Origin: Patescibacteria group bacterium
GTDB lineage: Bacteria; Patescibacteriota; Patescibacteriia; UBA10025; JAHIVO01
Direction: 5' to 3'
Assembly: GCA_041650915.1 (NCBI GenBank)
Contig: JBAZKE010000001.1
Span: 119,770 to 183,769, forward strand
Length of the DNA: 64,000 nucleotides
Below, piece after piece: positions 1 to 8,614 of the stretch. Position 1 is the first letter of the stretch; every line of letters starts with the position of its first letter. The notes below the pieces were generated by a model. It was not told the DNA's origin. It did no database searches and saw only the letters and a program-made list of their open reading frames with translations. The position numbers and the translations under genes were made by a program.

Positions 1-528
1 CAGGGAGTGGTTTTGAGCGCAGCGGACATGTCAGCGGAGGAACGGGCAATTATTGCGGATTTGCACCTGCTCACTATCAAACCCATGCTGTACGTACTGA
101 ATGTAGATGAGGACGCGGCTGCCACCGAGGTGCCCGGGCGCATCGTCATCTGCGCCAAGGTAGAGTCAGAGCTCGCTGAAATGCCGGAAAAAGAAGCAGC
201 GGAGTACCTTCAGACGCTCGGCCTGCAGTTGTCCGGGCTCGACAGGCTTATTGCGGCAGCGTACGAACGTCTCGGGCTCATCACCTTCTTTACCGCCGGT
301 CCGACTGAGGTGCACGCGTGGGCGGTTGAGCGCGGATCTACCGCTCCCCAGGCAGGGGGGAAGATACACTCGGATTTTGAAGAAAAGTTCATACGTGCCG
401 AGGTAATCAGCTGGGAGGACATCGTGCGGTACCGTGGGGAACAGGGTGCAAAAGAGAATGGCAAGATGCGCATTGAAGGCCGTGAGTACGTGATGCAGGA
501 CGGCGATGTCGTGTATATCCGCATTTGA
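1..528 (+). CDS. ychF: Ribosome-binding ATPase YchF, C-terminal part (5' truncated by window edge)
   Basis: Translation ends ...TAPQAGGKIHSDFEEKFIRAEVISWEDIV...DGDVVYIRI, typical TGS/C-terminal domain of YchF/Ola1; frame open to position 1. Confidence 0.85.
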   Translation, partial: QGVVLSAADMSAEERAIIADLHLLTIKPMLYVLNVDEDAAATEVPGRIVICAKVESELAEMPEKEAAEYLQTLGLQLSGLDRLIAAAYERLGLITFFTAGPTEVHAWAVERGSTAPQAGGKIHSDFEEKFIRAEVISWEDIVRYRGEQGAKENGKMRIEGREYVMQDGDVVYIRI

Positions 529-960
529 GAAAGCTGCCCGGCTGTAGTATACTGGAAGAGGAGGGAGCCGCTCTTTCAAAAATATTTTTCAGCGAGCTCC
601 CGTAACCTTTCTGTGCAGAAAGGAGGCTTATATTAGTATATATTCAGGGCGGCGCCTGGACAACCACCTGCTCAGGCGGGCCATGTGGTACGCGCGGATG
701 AAGCTGCGCGCGGTTGCAGGATCCATTGTTTATCCGAAAGGAGGCAACCGTATGATTGCATTGTGTAACCGTCCTCAGCACGGGAGATGAGAGGAGGTGA
801 TCCATTTTTTTGATCCTTGCCGAGCTCCCGGCCTTCCAGGGCATAGGGTAGGGACCCCTAAATACAGAACCCTGGTCGAATGCGATTGGAGGTGATTATC
901 TTCCTCACGAAAGGTATTTTTGCAAAGAATACTGGGGTGCCATTGGCGCCCCAGGTTTTT

Positions 961-2199
961 TCACGTTTTTTTGAAGATAAAGATTTCCCGCTGTACCTTT
1001 TGGTCGGGGCGTTGGTATATGATGGAGCCGCGTGCGGTCGGGCCTGCCTTTGCGAACAGGGACATTTTTTCAGGAAAGGGGTTGGCCCGGCAGAAGCCCA
1101 TGGCGTGCAGCTGCTCGAGAATTTTAAGGGTGTACACTCCGTGTTCGAGCGTGAAAAGGGGGAACACGATGACGGCCGCTCCACGGGGCTTGAGAATGCT
1201 CGCAAAGGAAGTGAACGCGCTCAGGTATAGCGACTCGAGCTCAGCAATGATTCCGAGCATCTGCTGAGCATCGGCATTTTTGGCATTCGGAGGCCCGAGG
1301 TAGGGCTCGGTTACGATAAGGTCGATTGATCCAGGCGCCAGCTTGCCGGCCAGGTTTTTGACGTCGCACTCGTACAGTTCCGCGCGCGTCGATGCTGCGG
1401 CACCGTATTGGGTCGCGAGCCACGCCAGATTTTTTTTCGTATCCAGCATTGCTTTGCTGCTGATATCGCTCCCGGTAATGTGCCGTACGCCCCGGAGCAG
1501 CGCTTCCTGCAGGATAGTGCCTGAGCCGCAGAACGGGTCGAGCAGACGGCTGTCGCTCCGTACACCGCCCAGGTTGAGCATAATCTTCGCGAGCTTGGGG
1601 GGGAGCATGCCTGAGCGGGCATCTCGGTTTGGCCTGCCGTAGTCCCTGCGCGAGTACTCCTCAAAATCTTGGATCGTGAGCGTCGTCCCGAGGTAGGATG
1701 CGTGGATACCGTTAATGACGAGGATATCGGCACCGCGGTCAAGCACTTTGTTCTTTTCGATCTGAACGCTCGTCAGTGCGCCGTCTTCCGCGGCGATGAA
1801 CCGGCCGGGCAAGCCGCTCCTGCGGATCTGGCGTTTCAGGTCGAGGCCGACGGACTTCAGCTTCGTGCGGTACTGTTTGGATACTTCTCCGTACAACGAG
1901 AACCCGAAAATAACCTTGCGCTCCCCCTGGGCGAGGAGCTGCTTGATGTTTGGCAGGGACAGACCCTCAATGAGCGCATCGAGGTCTTGGTACTGGGAGG
2001 TGACGGAGCCGATCTTTATGCAGCCGCCGAGGGCGTGCTGCCATGCATCGGCATCGATGCCGCCTGAACTGTCGACGATGAGGGCATTGCTTGTCAGGTC
2101 CACTATGGTGAGCCGGACGCCGCAAACAGCCTCGTAGCTGAAAATTTCAGCGAGGGATAGCTGGGGATTTTTGCCTAAGATAAAGCCGTACCGTGCCAT
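961..2199 (-). CDS. THUMP-domain SAM-dependent RNA (tRNA guanine-N2-like) methyltransferase
   Basis: SAM-binding motif DPFCGSGTILQEA, catalytic-like TEPYLGPP, N-terminal THUMP-like region; start chosen at MARYGFILGK (ATG 2199) rather than the upstream in-frame Met. Confidence 0.7.
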   Translation of the reverse strand: MARYGFILGKNPQLSLAEIFSYEAVCGVRLTIVDLTSNALIVDSSGGIDADAWQHALGGCIKIGSVTSQYQDLDALIEGLSLPNIKQLLAQGERKVIFGFSLYGEVSKQYRTKLKSVGLDLKRQIRRSGLPGRFIAAEDGALTSVQIEKNKVLDRGADILVINGIHASYLGTTLTIQDFEEYSRRDYGRPNRDARSGMLPPKLAKIMLNLGGVRSDSRLLDPFCGSGTILQEALLRGVRHITGSDISSKAMLDTKKNLAWLATQYGAAASTRAELYECDVKNLAGKLAPGSIDLIVTEPYLGPPNAKNADAQQMLGIIAELESLYLSAFTSFASILKPRGAAVIVFPLFTLEHGVYTLKILEQLHAMGFCRANPFPEKMSLFAKAGPTARGSIIYQRPDQKVQREIFIFKKT

Positions 2200-2379
2200 A
2201 GTGCTCTTTACCAGTATAGCAGGAGACAGCACGGGAGCGCTATACTTGCACATTTTTTTACGCCATGGTACACTCCACAGTACTAAAAAATGGTACCCTG
2301 CTCATATGCGCTTTCGGCACATGAGGGCAGCTCAACTAACCCTGTACCAGCAGGGCAGTAGGTACTAACCGAAAGAACA

Positions 2380-2898
2380 ATGGCACAACACTACGAGATT
2401 CTCTTTATTGTCTCTTCGAAGGTTGACGATGCGCAGCTCGAAGGGGTTGTTAAGGGTGTCAGAGAAGAAGTAACGAAGCTCGGCGGACAGATCACTAAAT
2501 CTGAATCGCTCGGCAAACAGAAGCTCGCGTACGAGATCAAGCACCAGCAGTTCGGCACGTACGTTCTGATGGAGTTCGATGCGGAGGGTGGCGCCTACCG
2601 AAAGCTCAATGGCAGCTTGCGCCTGAAGCCGGAAATCATCCGGCACCTCATCGTCCGGAAGCGGGTCAAGACCGCCAGCGAGGTGGCAAAAGAGCAGCGT
2701 ATCCAGGAGAAAGCGGCGGAACGGCGCGCTGCGGAAGCGAGAGAAGTTGAGGAGCAAGATCGCGCTGCGGCACTGCCTGCAGAAAAGAAAGAGCCTATCG
2801 CGCAGCGGAAAGCCGCTGACCGGGCAAAAGAAGAGAAGAAGATAAGCCTCGAAGACCTCGATAAAAAGCTCGACGATATCCTCAAAGAGGAAATTTAA
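2380..2898 (+). CDS. rpsF: 30S ribosomal protein S6 with Lys/Glu-rich C-terminal extension
   Basis: MAQHYEILFIV...KQKLAYEIKHQQFGTYVLMEF is S6 signature; rpsF-ssb-rpsR conserved order. Confidence 0.9.
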   Translation: MAQHYEILFIVSSKVDDAQLEGVVKGVREEVTKLGGQITKSESLGKQKLAYEIKHQQFGTYVLMEFDAEGGAYRKLNGSLRLKPEIIRHLIVRKRVKTASEVAKEQRIQEKAAERRAAEAREVEEQDRAAALPAEKKEPIAQRKAADRAKEEKKISLEDLDKKLDDILKEEI

Positions 2899-2925
2899 CC
2901 GGCTGCAGCCGCAGGGAACGAACCT

Positions 2926-3363
2926 ATGAATCTCAATAGAGCAATGATCATCGGTAACGTCACGCGTGATCCTGAAGTGAGGTCTACTCCTTCAGGCCAA
3001 AACGTTGTATCGCTCGGCGTGGCGACGAACCGCCGGTGGACCGACCAGTCGGGCCAGAAAAAGGAGCAGGTTGAGTACCACAACGTCGTTGCGTGGCGGA
3101 AATTGGCTGACATCATCGGCCAGTATGTGAAGAAAGGCAGCAAAATATATATAGAAGGGCGGCTGCAAACCCGTTCGTGGGACGACCAGAGCGGAACGAA
3201 GCGGTACCGGACGGAGATTGTAGCGGAGAATATGATTATGCTCGACCGGGCGGGCTCAGTTCCGAGCGGGAGCAACCCGAAGCCGGCATCAAGCAGCGAT
3301 GGTTCCCAGCCGGCGCCTGCGGGGGGAGAACCCGAGATTAACGTTGAAGATATTCCATTCTAA
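2926..3363 (+). CDS. ssb: Single-stranded DNA-binding protein
   Basis: OB-fold SSB N-terminus MNLNRAMIIGNVTRDPEVR, Gly/Ser/Pro-rich tail, acidic C-terminal DIPF. Confidence 0.9.
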   Translation: MNLNRAMIIGNVTRDPEVRSTPSGQNVVSLGVATNRRWTDQSGQKKEQVEYHNVVAWRKLADIIGQYVKKGSKIYIEGRLQTRSWDDQSGTKRYRTEIVAENMIMLDRAGSVPSGSNPKPASSSDGSQPAPAGGEPEINVEDIPF

Positions 3364-3620
3364 TGAGAAACCGAAACAACAATATGAGATCGAATGCCCA
3401 AAAGGCCGGCATGCTGCGCCAGAAAGAGTGCCACTTCTGCACGAACGGCATGACTGAGATTGACTATAAGGACGCCAAAATGCTCCAGCGTTTCACGTCA
3501 TCATACGCGAAGATACTGCCGCGCAAGAAGACCGGGGTTTGTGCAAAGCACCAGCGGAAGCTCGCCCATGCGATCAAGCGTGCCCGTGTCATGGCAATCA
3601 TCCCATTCACGACACGGTAG
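3363..3620 (+). CDS. rpsR: 30S ribosomal protein S18
   Basis: KECHFCTNGMTEIDYKD...ILPRKKTGVCAKHQRKLAHAIKRAR matches S18; TAATG overlap with ssb stop. Confidence 0.9.
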   Translation: MRNRNNNMRSNAQKAGMLRQKECHFCTNGMTEIDYKDAKMLQRFTSSYAKILPRKKTGVCAKHQRKLAHAIKRARVMAIIPFTTR

Positions 3621-3621
3621 C

Positions 3622-4188
3622 ATGCTCGCCATCAATGATTTAAAAGCAGGAACGTACGTGGTCCTCAACGGTGACCCGTTTGTTATCATGAAGCACAGTT
3701 TCGTAAAGATGGGGCGCGGACAGGGAGTCATGCGCACGACGGTCAGAAATCTGAAGACTGGCAAGACCCTCGAGCAGACATTCAAGGGACAGGATAAGGT
3801 TGAGCAGGCTGACATCAGCAGGTCAAAGGCGAATTATCTGTACGAGGATGGCGGCCAGTTTTTTTTCATGGATGCGGGAACGTATGACCAGTTTTTCATA
3901 ACGAAGGAGCAGCTCGGGGAGGGCCTGGCGCAGTTCCTCAAGGAGAACCTCGAGGTTGACGTCCTCAACTTCAACAAGGTGCCGATCACCGTTGAGCTGC
4001 CGAAAAAAATGACGTACGAGGTTACTTCATCGCCGCCCGGCATACGGGGAGATACGGCGCAGGGCTCAGTCACCAAAAAGGTGACGCTCGAGACTGGCTA
4101 TGTGCTTGATGCGCCGCTCTTCATCGAGCAGGGCGATGTCGTTGAGATCAACACGGAAACAGGCAAATACGTCGGCAAGGCGAACTAA
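3622..4188 (+). CDS. efp: Elongation factor P
   Basis: MLAINDLKAGTYVVLNGDPFVI...KMGRGQGVMRTTVRNLKTGK; full three-domain EF-P; ATG at 3622 right after rpsR stop. Confidence 0.9.
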   Translation: MLAINDLKAGTYVVLNGDPFVIMKHSFVKMGRGQGVMRTTVRNLKTGKTLEQTFKGQDKVEQADISRSKANYLYEDGGQFFFMDAGTYDQFFITKEQLGEGLAQFLKENLEVDVLNFNKVPITVELPKKMTYEVTSSPPGIRGDTAQGSVTKKVTLETGYVLDAPLFIEQGDVVEINTETGKYVGKAN

Positions 4189-4207
4189 CTTACCGGCACA
4201 GTCTGTA

Positions 4208-4242
4208 CAAAAAAGAGAGAGCCCACCTCGGGAGGCGGGCTC
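4208..4242 (-). terminator. Rho-independent terminator for minus-strand GalT-like gene
   Basis: Hairpin gagcccacctc/gaggcgggctc (perfect with one G.U on the minus-strand RNA, A.C mismatch on plus) followed on minus strand by UCUCUUUUUUG. Confidence 0.55.
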
Positions 4243-4264
4243 ATTGTTAGGGATGTTCGAAATG

Positions 4265-5416
4265 TTACTGTTCGACCCACTGCCTGATTTGGTCCGGAGG
4301 CTGCTTCAGTATCTGAGCCGCAAATTCGGGCGGGACGGGGTTAATGCTCGTCTGAATGAACTCCTCAATTTCAGACGGGAGCTCCGGGAATTGCGGCACG
4401 ATCGTGATCGAGTAGTGGTACATTGATTCGATCATTGATCGTGAGAGCGGTTGGCTCAGGAACCCTGCATCGAGCGTGAAGCGCTCCGGTCCATTCCTGA
4501 GGATGAGGTAATACGGGAATCGGTCACCCAGCAGCGCCCCGAGTTTTGCGACAGAGTCCTGGATGAGCGCCCCGAGCTCCCCGAAGAGTTCAGGAGGAGT
4601 TGCCTCATACTGCGAGTAGTGATCGAGCGGTGTAATGCAGATCGTGAACGGTGACTGGCTCGCGTACGGTACCAACGCGAGAAAATGTTCGGTAGAGCCA
4701 ACGGTGAGCGTTCCTTCCCGTTCAATCCGGATGATATCGCATACCGGACAGCGTTCGTGCTGCATGTAGAAGCGGTAGAGCTGGGGCATTTCGAGCCGCA
4801 GCGCGATCGAGACGTGCGATACGCCTACAATCTGTACGTGCGTGTGGCTCAAGCCGCGCTCACTGACGACACTGTTTCCTCCGATTCCAATGATGAGTTC
4901 GGGGAGCATTATGATGTCGCTCTGATCGTGAATGTGCTTGAGCGAGAGAATCCGTTCTCTGCAGATTCTGAGCGCTGCGGCAAATACTGCGGGAGGAATT
5001 TCGGGCAGCGTGCTCCCGTGATCGGGAAACAGCACGCGTTCGCGCACGCCGAATGGGCTTTTGATGTTGTAGAGCCCCCGGACCCCTTCCCTGATGAGAG
5101 TTTGCGTGACGAGGAAGCTGAGGCCTCGCAATGTGGTAACCCGTATGCCGTCGCGATTCATGATGTCGGGATTGACCGCACCGCAATTCGGAATGCAGAA
5201 GTTGCACCATTCCTCCGGCGGCTGGTGTACCGAAATGCCACCGTGGTTTGCACGGAAAGCAAGGGCGAAGGTACGTACCTTTTCGAGCTGTTCTCCGGCA
5301 TCAGCGCCATCCGGTGGACGTATTGCTGTCCACGTGCCATTGAGCAGGCTCTGCCGCATATGAGATCCATGCAGGCCAACGGCACCGACCGTTGCTGCGA
5401 TATGCGAAGGGCACAT
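4265..5416 (-). CDS. GalT/HIT-family nucleotidyltransferase (galactose-1-phosphate uridylyltransferase-like)
   Basis: Zn-site-like CNFCIPNCG and active-site-like HTHVQIVG (HxHxQ) in first half, second CPVC in second half; two-HIT-half architecture. Confidence 0.5.
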   Translation of the reverse strand: MCPSHIAATVGAVGLHGSHMRQSLLNGTWTAIRPPDGADAGEQLEKVRTFALAFRANHGGISVHQPPEEWCNFCIPNCGAVNPDIMNRDGIRVTTLRGLSFLVTQTLIREGVRGLYNIKSPFGVRERVLFPDHGSTLPEIPPAVFAAALRICRERILSLKHIHDQSDIIMLPELIIGIGGNSVVSERGLSHTHVQIVGVSHVSIALRLEMPQLYRFYMQHERCPVCDIIRIEREGTLTVGSTEHFLALVPYASQSPFTICITPLDHYSQYEATPPELFGELGALIQDSVAKLGALLGDRFPYYLILRNGPERFTLDAGFLSQPLSRSMIESMYHYSITIVPQFPELPSEIEEFIQTSINPVPPEFAAQILKQPPDQIRQWVEQ

Positions 5417-5519
5417 ATGGGCCCCCTTTCTATGATAAAATGTTCCCTGTTTATTTCTGTATACAAAAAAGTTTAGCCCTCCGCCGGGACATTTCAGCGT
5501 TTGTGAAATGATCTACGGA

Positions 5520-6653
5520 CTATGCTAAACCAACTTTTTTCTTTATCTGTACCATATTCGCCTGCGCCCGCCTCCTTGCCTTCCTGCTGCCGGCCCTGAG
5601 GATTGATTCGATGCTCTTCGGATTCTTGACGAGTTCAGCGCGTTTTTTCCTGAATTCGACGAATTCAGGAAAGTGGGCAATCTGGTCGGCGAGCAGCTTC
5701 TTGTACACGGAAAACTGGATTGACCCGCCGGTGAGGTCTTTGATGAACCGCCTGCGGTCTACCTTGCTGCCGAAGATGTATAGCAACATGTAGAAATTGA
5801 ACAGAGCCATGAACGTGGCGTACTGCTTGCGGCCGAGCCGTTTTTGAATTGTTGAGAGATCCGCCTCCGAGTGAATTTCCCGGTCCGGCGGGTATTTCTT
5901 TGTGATGTCTTTGAATTCGTCCTTGATTTCTTGGGTATTTTTAAGCAGCGCGCGGATGACGGCATGCTCGCTGCCGGTTGCCGTGGGCATCGCCTTCACC
6001 TTTTTTTCAATGATGTCAGGAGTATCAGCGAGTGCAATATACGACCGGGGGCCGAGGCTCTTCGACATTTTCTTGGTCGGGTCAATGAGGCTCATGATTT
6101 TCGGCGTCGGGGTAACCTTTTCTTTTGGTTCTATGAGCACGTTGCCGTACCTCGCGTTGAAGCTCCGTGCAATTTCACGGGTGAGCTCGAGGTGCGGGAG
6201 CTGGTCGAGGCCCACCGGGACCGTATCCGCTTTATAGATGAGAATATCGGCTGCCATAAGAACGGGATACTCGAGCAATCCGACATTGAGGTTGTGTTTG
6301 AACTGGGCAGCCTTGTCCTTGTACGTCGGGACGCGCTCAAGCCACGCGAGCGGAGTCGTACAGTTGAGAATCCACGCAAGGTCGGTGTGCTCAGGCACAA
6401 GCGACTGGAGCATGATCGTGCTCCGCTTCGGATCGAGCCCGGACGCGAGGAAGTCAACGGCCGTATCGAAGACGCGCTGTTCGAGGTCTTTCGGATCCGG
6501 TCCTTCGGTCAGCGCGTGGTAGTCGACGATGGAAAAGATGCAGGCGTGATTCGTGCTCTTCTGGAGCTTGAGCCACATCTGCATCGCCCCGAAATAGTTG
6601 CCTACATGGAGCTGTCCCGAGGGTTGTATGCCTGAGAAAACGATGTGCTTCAT
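5520..6653 (-). CDS. trpS: Tryptophanyl-tRNA synthetase with C-terminal extension
   Basis: SGIQPSGQLHVGNY (HIGH-type motif of TrpRS) and KMSKSLG; start taken at MKHIVFSG. Confidence 0.88.
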   Translation of the reverse strand: MKHIVFSGIQPSGQLHVGNYFGAMQMWLKLQKSTNHACIFSIVDYHALTEGPDPKDLEQRVFDTAVDFLASGLDPKRSTIMLQSLVPEHTDLAWILNCTTPLAWLERVPTYKDKAAQFKHNLNVGLLEYPVLMAADILIYKADTVPVGLDQLPHLELTREIARSFNARYGNVLIEPKEKVTPTPKIMSLIDPTKKMSKSLGPRSYIALADTPDIIEKKVKAMPTATGSEHAVIRALLKNTQEIKDEFKDITKKYPPDREIHSEADLSTIQKRLGRKQYATFMALFNFYMLLYIFGSKVDRRRFIKDLTGGSIQFSVYKKLLADQIAHFPEFVEFRKKRAELVKNPKSIESILRAGSRKARRRAQANMVQIKKKVGLA

Positions 6654-6671
6654 GCCTTTATGGTAGCACAA

Positions 6672-8402
6672 TTATATCTCGATGACCATCGGCATGACCA
6701 TCGGCCGGCGCTCTGTTTTGGTGAACAAGAATTGGCCGATCTGGTCGCGGATTTTATTCTTGATGTATACGTCGTCTGCCTGGGCGCGCGGCTCCTTGTC
6801 GATGCAAATCTTCTTGACCTTTGCACGGACCTGCTTGAGAAGCTCTCTGCTCTCCTTCATGTAGATGAAACCGCGCGAGATAATGTCCGGTTCGCCGATA
6901 AGGCTGCCGGTTTTCCCGTCGATGGTTACGACGATCATGAAAATGCCGTCCGCCGCGAGCATCTGCCGGTCGCGCAGTACGACGTTCGAGACGTCGCCGA
7001 CGCCGAGGCCATCCACAAACACGTAGTCCGTCGGCACCTTCTTCGGGAGCACCCGCGCTTTTTTATTCTGCAGCTCGAGCGTGCTGCCGTTGTCGAGCAC
7101 GAAAATGCCATTGCGCGGAAATCTGTTTTTCCGTTCGACGAGCTTCGCAGCCTCCCGGAGCATGTAGTGGTTTGCGTATACGGGCAGGAAAAAGGATGGT
7201 CGGATTTGCCGCACGATCTCCACGATATCTTCCGCATTGCTGTGCCCGCCTGAGTGCACGTCCATGATTTCTGTATGGATGACGTTATCGCAGAGCCGGT
7301 ACAGGTTGTCTTTGAGCCGTTGGATGGTTCGTTCATTGCCGGGGATGACGGAAGATGAAAATACGACCGTATCCTGGCGTTTGAGCTTGATAAAGCGGTG
7401 GTCGCCGGTTACGATACGCGAGAGCACGGCATTGCCTTCTCCCTGGGCGCCCGTGCAGAGGATGATGAGGTTCCTGTCGGGGATGGAGTTTGCTTGCCGT
7501 ATATCGATGAGGGTCTTTTTTCCTACCTTAATATAGCCGAGTTCTTTTGCGATATCGACATTCATTTTCATGCTGAAGCCATCGAGCGCGACCTTCTTAT
7601 TGATTTTTTTTGCGTACTCAATCACCTGGCGGATTCGCTCGAGCTGGGAAGAGAACGTGCCGATGATAATCCTGCCCGGGGCCTCCCGCATGAGCTTCTC
7701 GAGGTTGCCGTACATGATGTGTTCCGGCGTGCGGAGCGTCCGCGATGTCGCACCGAGGCTCTCGAGCATGAGTATGGTCGGCCGGGGAAGCTTGGCGAGG
7801 TGGTGGTACGTGACTGCGGCCCTTCCGACCGGCTTTTTCTCGTACGTCCAGTCGCCGGGATGGATGACCGTGCCCTGCGGCGTGAGGATTGAGACGCCGA
7901 CCGCGTCCATGATCGAGTGGTCAACCTGGAAGAATTTTACCGAGAACTTGCCGAGCTTGACCGTATCCTGAATGGATTTGACCACGATTGTTTTCAGTTT
8001 TTTTGATGAACCTTTCGCGTGGTCTTCGAGCCTGCGTTTGATGAGGGCAAGCGTCAGGGGGCGGCCGATGATTACCGGGTAGCCGAGCTTCTCGAGCAGC
8101 AGTGGCGCCGCGCCGATATGGTCGAGGTGCCCGTGCGAGAAGATGATGCCACGCACTTTGCTTTCTCTGCCTTTCAGTGAGCTGATATTCGGGATGATGT
8201 AGTCGATGCCCGGCATATCTTCTTCGGGAAACTGTATGCCCATGTCCAGTATGACAATATCGCCGTCGTACTCGTACACGGTCATGTTCCGCCCGACTTC
8301 TTCCTGGCCCCCGAGGGGTGTTATGCGGAGCGGCTGCCTGGGATTGCCCCCTCCCCTGTGTTTTTTCATAGGATGATTTTGTTTTTTTTGTTTGATATCC
8401 AT
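6672..8402 (-). CDS. rnj: Ribonuclease J (metallo-beta-lactamase/beta-CASP RNase)
   Basis: HGHLDHIG metallo-beta-lactamase motif, beta-CASP region, RNase J C-terminal domain; 576 aa. Confidence 0.88.
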   Translation of the reverse strand: MDIKQKKQNHPMKKHRGGGNPRQPLRITPLGGQEEVGRNMTVYEYDGDIVILDMGIQFPEEDMPGIDYIIPNISSLKGRESKVRGIIFSHGHLDHIGAAPLLLEKLGYPVIIGRPLTLALIKRRLEDHAKGSSKKLKTIVVKSIQDTVKLGKFSVKFFQVDHSIMDAVGVSILTPQGTVIHPGDWTYEKKPVGRAAVTYHHLAKLPRPTILMLESLGATSRTLRTPEHIMYGNLEKLMREAPGRIIIGTFSSQLERIRQVIEYAKKINKKVALDGFSMKMNVDIAKELGYIKVGKKTLIDIRQANSIPDRNLIILCTGAQGEGNAVLSRIVTGDHRFIKLKRQDTVVFSSSVIPGNERTIQRLKDNLYRLCDNVIHTEIMDVHSGGHSNAEDIVEIVRQIRPSFFLPVYANHYMLREAAKLVERKNRFPRNGIFVLDNGSTLELQNKKARVLPKKVPTDYVFVDGLGVGDVSNVVLRDRQMLAADGIFMIVVTIDGKTGSLIGEPDIISRGFIYMKESRELLKQVRAKVKKICIDKEPRAQADDVYIKNKIRDQIGQFLFTKTERRPMVMPMVIEI

Positions 8403-8479
8403 AGAGTGTTTATATGTTTCATTGTTACAGAATAATGGTTAATAGTGAGAAATCGTGCTGTTCTGCCTGCCTGCGCCCA

Positions 8480-8563
8480 TGCCGAGAGGGAGACTTGAAC
8501 TCCCATGGGATTGCTCCCACACGGCCCTGAACCGTGCGCGTCTACCAGTTCCGCCATCTCGGC
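8480..8563 (-). tRNA. tRNA-Leu (anticodon CAG)
   Basis: Reverse complement folds as cloverleaf: acceptor GCCGAGA/TCTCGGC, anticodon stem CACGG/CCGTG with loop TTCAGGG (CAG), long variable arm GGGA-GCAA-TCCC, T-arm GGGAG-TTCAAGT-CTCCC; no encoded CCA. Confidence 0.85.
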
Positions 8564-8614
8564 GCATGCATCGGCAGGCAGCACTGCCTGTTCTCTTGTT
8601 TCAGTTAAAGAGAG

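Noticed and set aside
780-800. GAGGAGGTGATCC resembling the complement of the 16S rRNA 3' end
   Set aside because: Flanking sequence does not match the 16S 3' domain (no GTAGCCGTAGGGGAACCTGCGG context). There is no rRNA gene here; it is more likely an SD-type motif.
529-960. Possible RNase P RNA, tmRNA or SRP RNA in the long intergenic region
   Set aside because: I could not find the conserved blocks by eye (P4 GGAAAGUCCGGGCUCC / ACAGAACCCGGCUUA, tmRNA tRNA-like ends, or SRP domain IV GGUCCGGAAGGAAGCAGC). An ACAGAACCCTGG stretch at ~868 is only a partial resemblance. This is left as an open possibility in findings rather than called.
5871-6635. 254-aa plus-strand ORF
   Set aside because: It is entirely antisense to trpS. 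It is a shadow ORF typical of GC-rich coding DNA, with no RBS or homology.
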